From the IMG/VR virus record IMGVR_UViG_3300034063_001003, positions 1 to 62,070 of that record: a stretch of DNA of 62,070 nt; one strand, 5' to 3'. The position numbers and the translations under genes were made by a program. The notes beneath the pieces were generated by a model that saw only the letters and a list, made by a program, of their open reading frames with translations, made no database searches and was not told the DNA's origin. Source of the stretch: a virus. Lineage: Duplodnaviria; Caudoviricetes. This document shows positions 8,830-17,483 of this stretch, in pieces. Numbering within the stretch: the first letter of the stretch is position 1; every line of letters starts with the position of its first letter.

Positions 8830-9023
8830 CCGGCCGCCAGTATGAAATTGAAGACAAGGAGCTTGTCCAGGAGCTTTTGGACTTGGTGGACAGGCTGGAA
8901 CGGCTTAACGACAGCGTAGGTTACACGCCGATACGGCATGCAATAAGCCACCGTGTCGTAGAGATACGCTTGCTGGCACGCGATGGGCATCTCAGGAACA
9001 TGAACGGGGGGAAAGGGCTATGA
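8826..9023 (+). CDS. Hypothetical protein
   Basis: Coupled GTGA overlap. Confidence 0.5.
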   Translation: MTGRQYEIEDKELVQELLDLVDRLERLNDSVGYTPIRHAISHRVVEIRLLARDGHLRNMNGGKGL

Positions 9024-9340
9024 GCATGAACACCCCGTTCCATCTGCGGCAGCGGGAGTTCAACGCCTTCAACGCGGCCAACCCGGCCGTGTGGGAGCAC
9101 TTTGAACGCTTCACGCTGGAGGCCATCAACGCCGGCCACAGGAAGATCAGCCACTGGCTCATCATCAACCGCATCCGCTGGGAGGTGATGATCACCACCC
9201 GCGGTTCGGACTACAAGATCAGCAACGACCACATCGCGTTCTACGCGCGCTTGTTCGTGAAGGTGCACCCGCAGTATCGGTTCATCTTCAACCTCAAGCG
9301 CATGAAGGACGAACCATGGCACGGGGACATGCCGCTATGA
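9020..9340 (+). CDS. Conserved phage hypothetical protein
   Basis: NPAVWEHF...NRIRWE...YKISNDHIAFYARLF motif. Confidence 0.7.
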   Translation: MSMNTPFHLRQREFNAFNAANPAVWEHFERFTLEAINAGHRKISHWLIINRIRWEVMITTRGSDYKISNDHIAFYARLFVKVHPQYRFIFNLKRMKDEPWHGDMPL

Positions 9341-9525
9341 CCTTCACCGGAACAAACCTCATCCTCGTGCGCCAGGCCCTGGCCTTGGCCATCGAGCATG
9401 TGACCATTGAAATAGGCATGTGCCCCGACGTTGAGTTGTGGGGCGTGGAGATTGAAGATTTGGAGCGTGACCGGGCGGCCTACCAAAGGCTGCTGGCGCG
9501 CATTGACAGAAAGCTACTACCGTGA
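9337..9525 (+). CDS. Hypothetical protein
   Basis: Coupled ATGA overlap. Confidence 0.5.
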   Translation: MTFTGTNLILVRQALALAIEHVTIEIGMCPDVELWGVEIEDLERDRAAYQRLLARIDRKLLP

Positions 9526-9776
9526 ACAGTAAATACAAACGGCGCACGTTCGCCGACGTCGAAACCGAAGCCTACGCCAAGGGCTGGAGCGAGGGCCGCG
9601 AGCTGGCGCGCAAGGAATTTGAAGAGGGCTGGAAGCTTCTGTCCAAACACGACAGCGACACCATGGCAGAGCTGCTGCGCACCCAGGCACAGCTTCGTAA
9701 CATCTCCCTGCGCCGGCTGGCCTGGCAGCGGGTCAAGGCAATCTTTTCAAGGACCAAGGATCATGACTTTCAATGA
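9522..9776 (+). CDS. Hypothetical protein
   Basis: Coupled ORF. Confidence 0.55.
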   Translation: MNSKYKRRTFADVETEAYAKGWSEGRELARKEFEEGWKLLSKHDSDTMAELLRTQAQLRNISLRRLAWQRVKAIFSRTKDHDFQ

Positions 9777-10029
9777 GTGGTGGGGCGGCCTGACCAAGGG
9801 CGAGCGCAAGGTGATCGGTGAGGGCAACGCGCGCTTCGTCTGGGAGGAGTGCGAGAAGCACACCGCGGCCAAGGAGGACGGCGATGAGGTCCAAATTGGC
9901 GGCTACACCCTCAAGCAGGGCGAGCGCCCGGGCATGATCTGGATCAGCGCTGCCAGCGGTGAAGGCGGGGAGTTTCACCTTGACGAGCTGGCCCAGATCA
10001 TCGACCGCTTCTTTAAGGAGAAGTTCTGA
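9763..10029 (+). CDS. Hypothetical protein
   Basis: ATG 9763 after AAGGA (MTFNEWW...). Confidence 0.55.
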   Translation: MTFNEWWGGLTKGERKVIGEGNARFVWEECEKHTAAKEDGDEVQIGGYTLKQGERPGMIWISAASGEGGEFHLDELAQIIDRFFKEKF

Positions 10030-10194
10030 TGGACGACAACCACCTGCTCTATCTGACCACCGCCGAGTGGCTCAAAGGATACGCTTCAGGACTCGACGAG
10101 CACCTGCACCCGGCCCTGATCTTCCGCCTCAACTGCGCCGCCGACTTGCTGACCGCAGTGTGGGAGAAGGGCTGCGGCCAAGGGGAGCCCAAGC

Positions 10195-10527
10195 ATGACT
10201 GACTGCAAACACGACTGGCATTTCACCAGTGACGCGACCATGGCCATGCGGTGCCAAAAGTGCGGCCAGGATACCGGACCGCGGGACATTCTGGCCGACG
10301 TCACGATGTTCGGCATGTCCTGGAGCAGAGGCGGTGAGCGCATCGACCCGACAACCGTCTACAAGCTTCAGAAGCCGCCGAAGTCAGTAGGGGCCTGGGT
10401 GATTGACCCATCACCAGACGAGGGCCACGGACCGAGCACCACGTTCTACATCTATCACAGGCCCACGGACGAGCAGATCAAGAACACTGAGCAGGCCTTT
10501 GGCTGGAAGTGGAAGGACTTGGCATGA
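10195..10527 (+). CDS. Hypothetical protein with N-terminal CxHxW..CxxC zinc ribbon
   Basis: CKHDW...CQKCG. Confidence 0.55.
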   Translation: MTDCKHDWHFTSDATMAMRCQKCGQDTGPRDILADVTMFGMSWSRGGERIDPTTVYKLQKPPKSVGAWVIDPSPDEGHGPSTTFYIYHRPTDEQIKNTEQAFGWKWKDLA

Positions 10528-10979
10528 CTATTGAAGCAATGAAGCAGGCGCTGGAGGCATTGGAGACTTGCGCCGAAGACGAGTGGTGTAGTGAAGATGA
10601 CTTTGGCATGGTGCAGGTTTATGACGAAGGCAAGGTGAAGACAGCCATCACCGCCCTGCGCACCGCCATCGAGGCCGCTGAGAAGCAGGAGCCGGTGGCG
10701 TGGGCTGTGTTTGAGGGGTGGAACGCGCATGACCTGTACCTGCCTCAAGAGTACGACGAGGCTCTGAAGATGGCGGGATACAAAGGCGATCACGCTGAAA
10801 TTAAGCCTCTCTACACCACCCCACCCGCAGCACAGCGCCAGCCGCTGACGGATGATCGGATCGGCCAGATCATCGAGCAGTGCAAAATCACTTTGGTCAA
10901 CTATTGCAGTGGCGAAAAGCAAACCGAGTTTGCCCGCGCCATCGAAGCCGCGCACGGCATCGCAGGAGAGAAGACATGA
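10524..10979 (+). CDS. Modular MKQALEAL/EPVA-family hypothetical protein
   Basis: Paralogous to 11463-11864. Confidence 0.65.
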   Translation: MTIEAMKQALEALETCAEDEWCSEDDFGMVQVYDEGKVKTAITALRTAIEAAEKQEPVAWAVFEGWNAHDLYLPQEYDEALKMAGYKGDHAEIKPLYTTPPAAQRQPLTDDRIGQIIEQCKITLVNYCSGEKQTEFARAIEAAHGIAGEKT

Positions 10980-11299
10980 CTCAACAACCCAAGGCTCTGC
11001 AACTGGCTGATGCTATGGAAAATGCTGAATATCCAAATGACTATGACGTAGCAGCCGAACTGCGCCGTCAGCATGCGGAGATCGAGCGACTGACAAAGTT
11101 CTGTGACGACCTCATCTGCGAGCTATCGGGTTTAAGAATGGCGGCGAATATGCAAAAGCGGATCGACGAACTTAAGGCATCCCCATCCGCACAGGGCCAG
11201 TGGGTCGGGCTCACAGACGAGCAGATCAACCAGTACGACTACCAGTACCGCGATCTGCTCTATGACGCTGAGAAGATGCTCAGGGAGAACAACGCATGA
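10976..11299 (+). CDS. Hypothetical protein with WVGLTDE module
   Basis: ATG 10976 after GGAGAG; coupled. Confidence 0.6.
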   Translation: MTQQPKALQLADAMENAEYPNDYDVAAELRRQHAEIERLTKFCDDLICELSGLRMAANMQKRIDELKASPSAQGQWVGLTDEQINQYDYQYRDLLYDAEKMLRENNA

Positions 11300-11466
11300 C
11301 CAAGCGCATCACCATTCCGGTGTCCACGGACATCGACAAGATCAGAGACAGGCTGGAGCGCGACACCGGGGTGCGAATGACCTACACGCAGGTCTTCAAC
11401 TTCCTGGTTCACTTTTACGTCCAACGGGCCAGCGAGCCCAAAAGCAGATGGAGGTCATTGGAATGA
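11296..11466 (+). CDS. Small putative ribbon-helix-helix DNA-binding protein (not in ORF track)
   Basis: MTKRITIPVSTDIDKIRDRLERDTGVRMTYTQVFNFL; coupled at both ends. Confidence 0.5.
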   Translation: MTKRITIPVSTDIDKIRDRLERDTGVRMTYTQVFNFLVHFYVQRASEPKSRWRSLE

Positions 11467-11864
11467 ATGTAGATGCGATGAAACAGGCGCTGGAGGCGCT
11501 GGAAAACGTGAGAAGCTACGACAAAGGTAATCTTTACGGACTTGACGAAAACATCACCGCCCTCAATGCCGCAATCGCGGAGGCTGAGAAGCAGGAACCG
11601 GTGGCTGACGGGTTGATTCGTAGGTACATAAACGCGCTGGTTGCAAACAAGCCCGACGAAGCTGCCGATGCGACAAAACGCATGGTTGATTATGTGTTTG
11701 CCACCCCACCCGCAGCACAGCGCCAATGGGTTGGGCTGACGGATACGCAAATTGAACAGGTTTACTTTGAAACGGTAAAGAAACACCGAGGCGCACCAAT
11801 GCCTTGGGGGCAAGTGCAGTTTGGCAAAGCATTGGAAGCCAAACTCAAGGAGAGAAACACATGA
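11463..11864 (+). CDS. Modular MKQALEAL/EPVA/WVGLTD-family hypothetical protein
   Basis: Paralogous to 10524-10979. Confidence 0.65.
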   Translation: MNVDAMKQALEALENVRSYDKGNLYGLDENITALNAAIAEAEKQEPVADGLIRRYINALVANKPDEAADATKRMVDYVFATPPAAQRQWVGLTDTQIEQVYFETVKKHRGAPMPWGQVQFGKALEAKLKERNT

Positions 11865-12238
11865 TCGACTTTATTTCATCCAATCCCTCCGCGCACCCGC
11901 AGACAGTGGCCTGCGCGCGCCTGTTGGCCGCGGTAACTGCCCAGGCCATTGAGGACGCTTCCAGCAGGCAGGCAACCGGCGCCGAGAACTTCGCCGCCAT
12001 TGACTGGCTGTTCAGCAAGACCTCTGCGTTTGAGGACTACGCCCGGCTGATTGGCGCGGACGCAGAGCAAATTCGCACCGCCCTGCTGGAGCCGCCCCCC
12101 GACATCGAGCCCAAAAGCAGCAGGTTCGACACGAGCAGACGCCGCTACTTGAAAGTCTCTCATGGGAAGTGGCTGGCAAGACGCAAGGCAGAAGAAGCCG
12201 CCCTGAAGAAGGCAATGGGGGAGGACAATGCCGCTTAA
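11861..12238 (+). CDS. Hypothetical protein
   Basis: ATG 11861 after AGGAG. Confidence 0.6.
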   Translation: MIDFISSNPSAHPQTVACARLLAAVTAQAIEDASSRQATGAENFAAIDWLFSKTSAFEDYARLIGADAEQIRTALLEPPPDIEPKSSRFDTSRRRYLKVSHGKWLARRKAEEAALKKAMGEDNAA

Positions 12239-12629
12239 CAAGCCACTCACACGAGAAGACTGGCTGACGTACTTGGACACAACTTGGAAAAAATGTTTGG
12301 CTGATGCATGGCAAAAGGAGTGGGATGACATGAACAGAGACGACATCATCAAAATGGCGCGTGAGGCTGGGTTCAATCTGGAGCACGGCTTCTTGCTGCG
12401 CGTGACAGGCATTGATGAAGACCTTGAACGCTTCGCCGCCCTTGTCCGTGCTGATGAGCGCAACCGCACATGGACGCAAGAGCATTGGACTGAGTATGAG
12501 CGCAGCATCGCAGCAGCCGAAAGAGAGGTGTGTGCAAAGGTGGCTGACCTTGTGGCCCGTGAGATGGACGACACGAACGGCATCGCAACCTACATAGCCG
12601 CTGCCCTCCGAGCAAGGGGGCAGACATGA
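12228..12629 (+). CDS. Hypothetical protein (MAREAGF/AEREVCAK modules)
   Basis: Typical phage accessory modules. Confidence 0.55.
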   Translation: MPLNKPLTREDWLTYLDTTWKKCLADAWQKEWDDMNRDDIIKMAREAGFNLEHGFLLRVTGIDEDLERFAALVRADERNRTWTQEHWTEYERSIAAAEREVCAKVADLVAREMDDTNGIATYIAAALRARGQT

Positions 12630-12832
12630 CAAGCCCCGAAGTAATGGGGGCCCTGGCCCTCGTGCCGGTGATCCTGGTCATCCTGTGGGCGTTCAACGCC
12701 GACTGGGAACAGGACCACGGACCGCGCGACGACTTCCTGCCCGACTACCCGCCATGCCCGCCCTGCAACAACGACTGCGAACAAGGTCGGGACTGCCCAA
12801 ACAAAGCAGACAAAGCACACAAGGAAAACTGA
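12626..12832 (+). CDS. Small membrane-anchored protein with Cys cluster
   Basis: N-terminal TM helix; CPPCNNDCEQGRDCP. Confidence 0.6.
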   Translation: MTSPEVMGALALVPVILVILWAFNADWEQDHGPRDDFLPDYPPCPPCNNDCEQGRDCPNKADKAHKEN

Positions 12833-12833
12833 G

Positions 12834-13046
12834 ATGCCGAAAAAATTGATCCTGTCCCCGCGCGAGGAGCAAATCCTCAACGCCATCTGCGAGCTTGGAC
12901 AGACCGACCTGGTGGCCCGTAAACTGGATATCTCGCCGCGGACCGTGGAGGTCTACATCAGCCGCGCCATGTCCACCAACAAATACCCCAACCGCCTCAT
13001 GCTGGCCCTGGCCAGGGACAGAGAACTTCGTAGCAAAAGGAGCTGA
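12834..13046 (+). CDS. Stand-alone LuxR/NarL-type HTH transcriptional regulator
   Basis: LSPREEQIL...VARKLDISPRTVEVY. Confidence 0.8.
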   Translation: MPKKLILSPREEQILNAICELGQTDLVARKLDISPRTVEVYISRAMSTNKYPNRLMLALARDRELRSKRS

Positions 13047-13048
13047 AC

Positions 13049-13297
13049 ATGAGACCCGCTGAATTTTCAACAGAAAACCCACCCCGGCCCATCGACTGCC
13101 TGGAGACCAAGGAATACATCGCCGGCCTGCGCCGCCGCATCGAGGTCCAACAGGACGGCATGGAACACCTGGCCAACCAAGTCCACCAACTCAGAGTCCA
13201 AAAGCGCCGGCTGGAAGAGCAAATCGAGCGCCTCGCCCTCGACCTGGGCATCAAAGACGGCCACACCGGGCCAGGATGGGAAGAGGTACCCAAGTGA
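13049..13297 (+). CDS. Coiled-coil hypothetical protein
   Basis: AAGGAG RBS; heptad pattern. Confidence 0.6.
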   Translation: MRPAEFSTENPPRPIDCLETKEYIAGLRRRIEVQQDGMEHLANQVHQLRVQKRRLEEQIERLALDLGIKDGHTGPGWEEVPK

Positions 13298-13452
13298 CCC
13301 CGGCGTTCGAAGGGCTCATCGCGGGCCTCGTGCCACGGCCCACGGTCCAACTGCTCATCATCACCGCCGGCAACACCAAGTACGCCTTCGTCGGGCCCTG
13401 CTTCGGCGACAAGGCCATCACCGCCATCGAAGTGGCGGACACCCTCCCCATG

Positions 13453-13788
13453 TCAGTGGCCGCCCGCCTGATGACAGGGGAATGGTGCGAGCCGGGGGAG
13501 CTGCAGTGAGGACAAAGCCAAGTTCTCAATCCGGTTGTCCCAGCGGTTGCCGTTGAGGTGGCGCACAGGGGACATGGGCCACTCCCCGTCAGTCAAGTAC
13601 AAGGCAATGTCCTGACCGTCGAAATAACGGCCGCCAATGCCAATGCGGACAGGGGAATGAGGCTTGTACGTGCCAGCAAGAGCACCGGCCTTGACCCGCG
13701 GACCAAGGGCCTTGCGCCAATAGATGCGGCCAGTGTCGGGTTCGTACCGGAGAAACTGGGAGATCAGGGTAAGATAGTCGTCGCTCAT
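13453..13788 (-). CDS. HNH endonuclease-like protein, possibly degenerate
   Basis: YEPDTG..W...GEWP...HLNGNRWDNRIENL; the usual AHR and DH residues are altered. Confidence 0.65.
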   Translation of the reverse strand: MSDDYLTLISQFLRYEPDTGRIYWRKALGPRVKAGALAGTYKPHSPVRIGIGGRYFDGQDIALYLTDGEWPMSPVRHLNGNRWDNRIENLALSSLQLPRLAPFPCHQAGGH

Positions 13789-13932
13789 GTCGTTCCTCTC
13801 CAACGATGATGGGAAGTGAAGCCCAGGTGTGTCGAGCACCTGGGCTTTGCGCATTTTATAGGCAATGCGGTGGTTTAGGGGCGAAGAAGGGTGTTTTGTC
13901 AGGGTTTCTACCTACACGGACCACGGGTCACG

Positions 13933-14176
13933 GGCAAATTCGGGGTTTCTATAGACCAAATGAGACTCAACATGTGTTTTTATTTTTTTTTTTTTAAAAA
14001 TGACGTGATAGACGTAATGGTGTAATAGATCAATGAAATCAATAGGTTAGATGTGTACAGTACATTACAAGGTGTTCTACAGTGTAATTTCACATAAAAT
14101 GCGCGCGCGACCTTTTTTTGAAAAAAAAAAAACATACATTGGTCATTTTTTTCCTATATAAACCCCCGAATTCGCC
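13933..14176. other. AT-rich non-coding locus with imperfect long inverted repeat and IHF consensus (candidate ori or pac)
   Basis: aattcggggtttctatag...poly-T versus poly-A...ctatataaacccccgaatt; AATCAAtaggTTA at 14037-14049. Confidence 0.5.
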
Positions 14177-14233
14177 TTCCCCGGCCTTGGGAGGAGGTTG
14201 CGTTACCCTGTAGAAGTGTTGCACAATCGGCCT

Positions 14234-14449
14234 ATGAGAATCGAGAGACACGTCCCCCTGCCTGACGACCGCCAACGGCAGGTCTACCCCTTCCCTGACA
14301 TGGCGGTGGGCGACAGCTTCCTGGTGCTGGACGCGGATTGGATCAAGAACTTGCGCAGCGCGGCCTACATGTACGCCAAGCGGCATCCTGGGGTGCGGTT
14401 CACCATTCGCAAGTATGGTGAGGGCTGGCGGCTGTGGAGGGTCACTTGA
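14234..14449 (+). CDS. Small conserved phage DNA-binding-like protein
   Basis: IERHVPLP...YPFPDMAVGDSFLV...RLWRV motif; TTGCGT-N18-CACAAT upstream. Confidence 0.7.
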   Translation: MRIERHVPLPDDRQRQVYPFPDMAVGDSFLVLDADWIKNLRSAAYMYAKRHPGVRFTIRKYGEGWRLWRVT

Positions 14450-15123
14450 TGCGGACGTACAAGGATGAAAAGTTCTTGGCTGGCAAAAGCCTTGGTGGGG
14501 TGGACCAACGGGTCGAGGACCGGATCACCGCGCCGGTCAAGCCCCACAAGCCCCGGGTGCTGACACCGCAGGAGTGGAAGTTCGTCGAGGAATTCGTGGC
14601 CGGTGATGGGCACGTGACCCTCAAGGAAGCCGCGATCCGCGCCGGGTACAGCGAAATCTGGGCAAAGAACCGGGCCCGGGAGCTGACCGACCCTGACAAG
14701 AGCCCCCACATCGTGGCCGCTATCCAGGAGCGCCGCCGGGAGCTGGGCGAAAAGTACGCCACCACCTTTGAGCGGCACATGCGCGACCTCCAGGTCATCC
14801 GCGACCAGGCGCTGGCTGCAGGTGCGTATGGCGCGGCCGTGCAGGCAGAGTATCGCCGCGGCCAGGCCCTGGGCACGATCTACATCGACCGCAAGGAAAT
14901 CAGGCACGGGACCATTGACAGCATGTCCAAGGAAGAGGTCATGCGAAAGCTTGAGGAGATCAAGCGCCTGTACGGTGGCCAGGCCGGGCCCATCGTGGAC
15001 GTAACGTCCAGGCAGATCGAGGAAGAGCCTGAAGAGGAAAAAGACGATGGCAATGAAGCCCGAAGCGAACCTGTACAAGCGCCTGAAAGACAACGTCCCA
15101 AATTGCCATTTCACCCGGATTGA
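14449..15123 (+). CDS. terS: Terminase small subunit
   Basis: LTPQEWKFVEEF...AAIRAGYS HTH typical of TerS. Confidence 0.8.
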   Translation: MRTYKDEKFLAGKSLGGVDQRVEDRITAPVKPHKPRVLTPQEWKFVEEFVAGDGHVTLKEAAIRAGYSEIWAKNRARELTDPDKSPHIVAAIQERRRELGEKYATTFERHMRDLQVIRDQALAAGAYGAAVQAEYRRGQALGTIYIDRKEIRHGTIDSMSKEEVMRKLEEIKRLYGGQAGPIVDVTSRQIEEEPEEEKDDGNEARSEPVQAPERQRPKLPFHPD

Positions 15124-15463
15124 ATCCCGGGTCAACCTGGGCATCCCGGACTGTCTGGTCGCCTTCCCGCACGGGGAGTTCGTGATGGTCGAGCTCAAGG
15201 TGGTCAAGCGTGGGCGCAAGATTGCCCTGTCTCCGCACCAGGTGGCCTTCCATGTCAAACACGCGGACCTGCGCTGCCCGACCTACATCCTGGTCCAGTA
15301 TTTCCCGCCTGGTACTGCCCATGCTCACAAGTCGGACCTGCTGCTATACGCGGGAGAGCAGGCCCTGGACCTGGTGCGCATGGGGATCGACACACCGCCT
15401 ATGGCGCGCTGGCCCTGGACAGGGATTTCCTGGGCTGAACTGCGCGCTGCCATGCTGGCTTGA
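15047..15463 (+). CDS. VRR-NUC / Holliday junction resolvase-like PD-(D/E)XK nuclease
   Basis: PEANL...GIPDC...VELK...LSPHQVAFH. Confidence 0.75.
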   Translation: MAMKPEANLYKRLKDNVPNCHFTRIESRVNLGIPDCLVAFPHGEFVMVELKVVKRGRKIALSPHQVAFHVKHADLRCPTYILVQYFPPGTAHAHKSDLLLYAGEQALDLVRMGIDTPPMARWPWTGISWAELRAAMLA

Positions 15464-15489
15464 CGATCGTAAAAACACTATGCTATGAT
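15460..15489 (+). promoter_or_regulatory. Sigma70-like promoter with extended -10
   Basis: TTGACG-N18-TATGAT preceded by TGc. Confidence 0.65.
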
Positions 15490-15534
15490 GCCCCTGCCTG
15501 GATGACCAGGTAACCATAGAAAGGTAGAAAGCAA

Positions 15535-16209
15535 ATGAGGAAGCTCAAAACATTCACGCAAGGCGACGGCGCACATTGGGGCCTGTCTGATTGGTATGAC
15601 GACGGCGAGACAGAGCTTGCCGCTGCGCTTACCGACCATGCCCCGTTCGATACGGGTTGGTACTCCAGCAAGAAGGAGATCGCATCCGCACGCATCTGGT
15701 CAGAGGACGGCATCAAGATCAAGGTCGAGGTGTCTGTGTCTGATGACTTTGACACCCTCGGCGGAGGCTACGCCAGCACTAACGAGTGGACGATTGATGC
15801 CATCCGTGCCTGCATCAGCAACGCATGGGACAGGGCGGAGTCGGACAGGGGGGAGAATCAGGAGTACGAAGGATTCAGAGTCGGGCGAGAGGGGCGCTGG
15901 GAGGAGACTTACCTCGTCAGCATTGGGTGGGGAGAGAATCTGTCACCCCCGGGCGAAAACTACCATTGGTGGGGTTGGCAATACGACGGCGCTGACGACA
16001 CAGTTGGCGTGCCGCACCCTGACATCCCGGTCGAGATCGTGCAAGCGTTTGAGAAGTGGGCGAATGACTGGGCGTTCGGTCGCATCGAGGAGAAGTCCCT
16101 CACAGTTGGGGAGTGGACGATCACCCCGTGGAGGGATACTCGCTCGCAACCCGAAGACCCCAACGATTACGTTGGGATGGGGTGGGTCGGTCATGATGGT
16201 CGCCCGTAA
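15535..16209 (+). CDS. Acidic, Trp-rich hypothetical protein
   Basis: Own promoter and AGAAAGGTAGAAAG leader. Confidence 0.7.
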   Translation: MRKLKTFTQGDGAHWGLSDWYDDGETELAAALTDHAPFDTGWYSSKKEIASARIWSEDGIKIKVEVSVSDDFDTLGGGYASTNEWTIDAIRACISNAWDRAESDRGENQEYEGFRVGREGRWEETYLVSIGWGENLSPPGENYHWWGWQYDGADDTVGVPHPDIPVEIVQAFEKWANDWAFGRIEEKSLTVGEWTITPWRDTRSQPEDPNDYVGMGWVGHDGRP

Positions 16210-16258
16210 TTTGTAGCCGAGGGTGAACCGGACCACGCGCAAGAAAGTTAGAAAGCAG

Positions 16259-16375
16259 ATGATTGCCAACAGCCGGCCTAAAGAACCCGAAATGGTCCCA
16301 AACACGCAGCGGGGGCTTGTCCTGCGCCTGTTCTGGCTTTGGCTGTTCCATAGAATTGTTGGCGGGGATAGTTGA
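16259..16375 (+). CDS. 38-aa peptide with hydrophobic C-terminus (not in ORF track)
   Basis: Directly after AGAAAGTTAGAAAG; MIANSRPKEPEMVPNTQRGLVLRLFWLWLFHRIVGGDS. Confidence 0.45.
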   Translation: MIANSRPKEPEMVPNTQRGLVLRLFWLWLFHRIVGGDS

Positions 16376-16402
16376 CACCAGTTGATAATTGTGGTGTAGA
16401 AT
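16372..16402 (+). promoter_or_regulatory. Sigma70-like promoter
   Basis: TTGACA-N19-TAGAAT. Confidence 0.5.
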
Positions 16403-16455
16403 TTCAACCAGGCCGAGCATTCCGCAAGGCCTACAACCTAGAAAGTGAGAAAGAC

Positions 16456-16941
16456 ATGTCCGAAACGAATCCTATCGTGGCCGCCTTGCAGGGGGCATTT
16501 GAGTCCGCGGTCCAGGCCGCGGTCGAGCAGCGTCTGGCGCCCCTGGCCGCCCGACTGGCCGCGCTTAAGCGCGGCCTGGCCGCGCTTGAGGCGGTACAGG
16601 TGCCGCACGAGCAGCGCCTGATTTTCAACGATGACGAGCTGCGCCAACTGGCCGCGCACGTCAACCTGGCAGAGCTGGCCGGCGAACTGATCCCTGCCCA
16701 ACTGCGGACAATAGGCGAGGGCGTCAACCTGGCCAGCCTGGCCGCCGAGCTGAGCCCGTCCGAGCTGCTCGACAATGTCGATTGGTCCGAGGTGCTGGAC
16801 TATGCCGACCTGGCCAGCGAGGTCGACCTGTCCGACCTGGCCGATGAGATCAGCATGGAGCGCCTGACGGATGCGATCGACCTGAATGGGAAAATCCGCG
16901 ACTATTTGTCCGACACGATGTTCAACATCCGGGAAGCCTGA
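16456..16941 (+). CDS. Coiled-coil plus acidic 9-aa repeat protein
   Basis: ATG 16456 after AGAAAGTGAGAAAG; VNLAELAGE/VNLASLAAE/LDYADLASE/VDLSDLADE repeats. Confidence 0.7.
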   Translation: MSETNPIVAALQGAFESAVQAAVEQRLAPLAARLAALKRGLAALEAVQVPHEQRLIFNDDELRQLAAHVNLAELAGELIPAQLRTIGEGVNLASLAAELSPSELLDNVDWSEVLDYADLASEVDLSDLADEISMERLTDAIDLNGKIRDYLSDTMFNIREA

Positions 16942-16942
16942 C

Positions 16943-17170
16943 ATGCGGCGCAAAGATAACGTGCAGAAAATCACCCACCTGATGGTAATGAACCCGGGCG
17001 GCCCACTGACCCAGGCCCTGGTGCTCGAGGCGGTGCGCCAGTACTGCAGCGACATAGTCGCGGCCGGCCGGCCTGAGGATGACTCGCGCGCCTGGATCAG
17101 CCCGGTCGCGATCTACAACTGCGCCGAGGGCATCATCGAGGCGCTCGACCACATGGAGGCCGCGGTATGA
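16943..17170 (+). CDS. Hypothetical protein
   Basis: ATG 16943 right after the upstream stop. Confidence 0.6.
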   Translation: MRRKDNVQKITHLMVMNPGGPLTQALVLEAVRQYCSDIVAAGRPEDDSRAWISPVAIYNCAEGIIEALDHMEAAV

Positions 17171-17397
17171 CCGACGACCAGGAATGGGCGCTCTGGCAGA
17201 AAGAGCTCGCGCTCTGGAACCACCGCGCGGCCCAGGTGATGGACAAAATGGGCGGCGGCTTTGCCGCAGCTATCGCCCTGGCCTACTTCCGCGCCGACAG
17301 TGACAACAGGGCGCGCTTGCTTGACGCCTTCCCCGACCTGTTCGCGAAATACCGCCAGTGGGCGCGCGACCTGCACGATGATCAACCAGGCGCTTGA
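17167..17397 (+). CDS. Small conserved phage protein
   Basis: GGGFAAAIA.AY.RADSDNRARLLDAFPDLF motif. Confidence 0.65.
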   Translation: MTDDQEWALWQKELALWNHRAAQVMDKMGGGFAAAIALAYFRADSDNRARLLDAFPDLFAKYRQWARDLHDDQPGA

Positions 17398-17424
17398 CGC
17401 CTGCCCCTTGTTTGCATGTAGAAT
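17394..17424 (+). promoter_or_regulatory. Sigma70-like promoter overlapped by a palindromic operator-like site
   Basis: TTGACG-N19-TAGAAT; TGTTTGCAT-N5-ATGCAAACA at 17409-17431. Confidence 0.55.
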
Positions 17425-17483
17425 GCAAACACCGCCGCCGGGACGGTTTCCCGGTTTCCTAGAAAGTTAGAAAGAGAGTCAGT

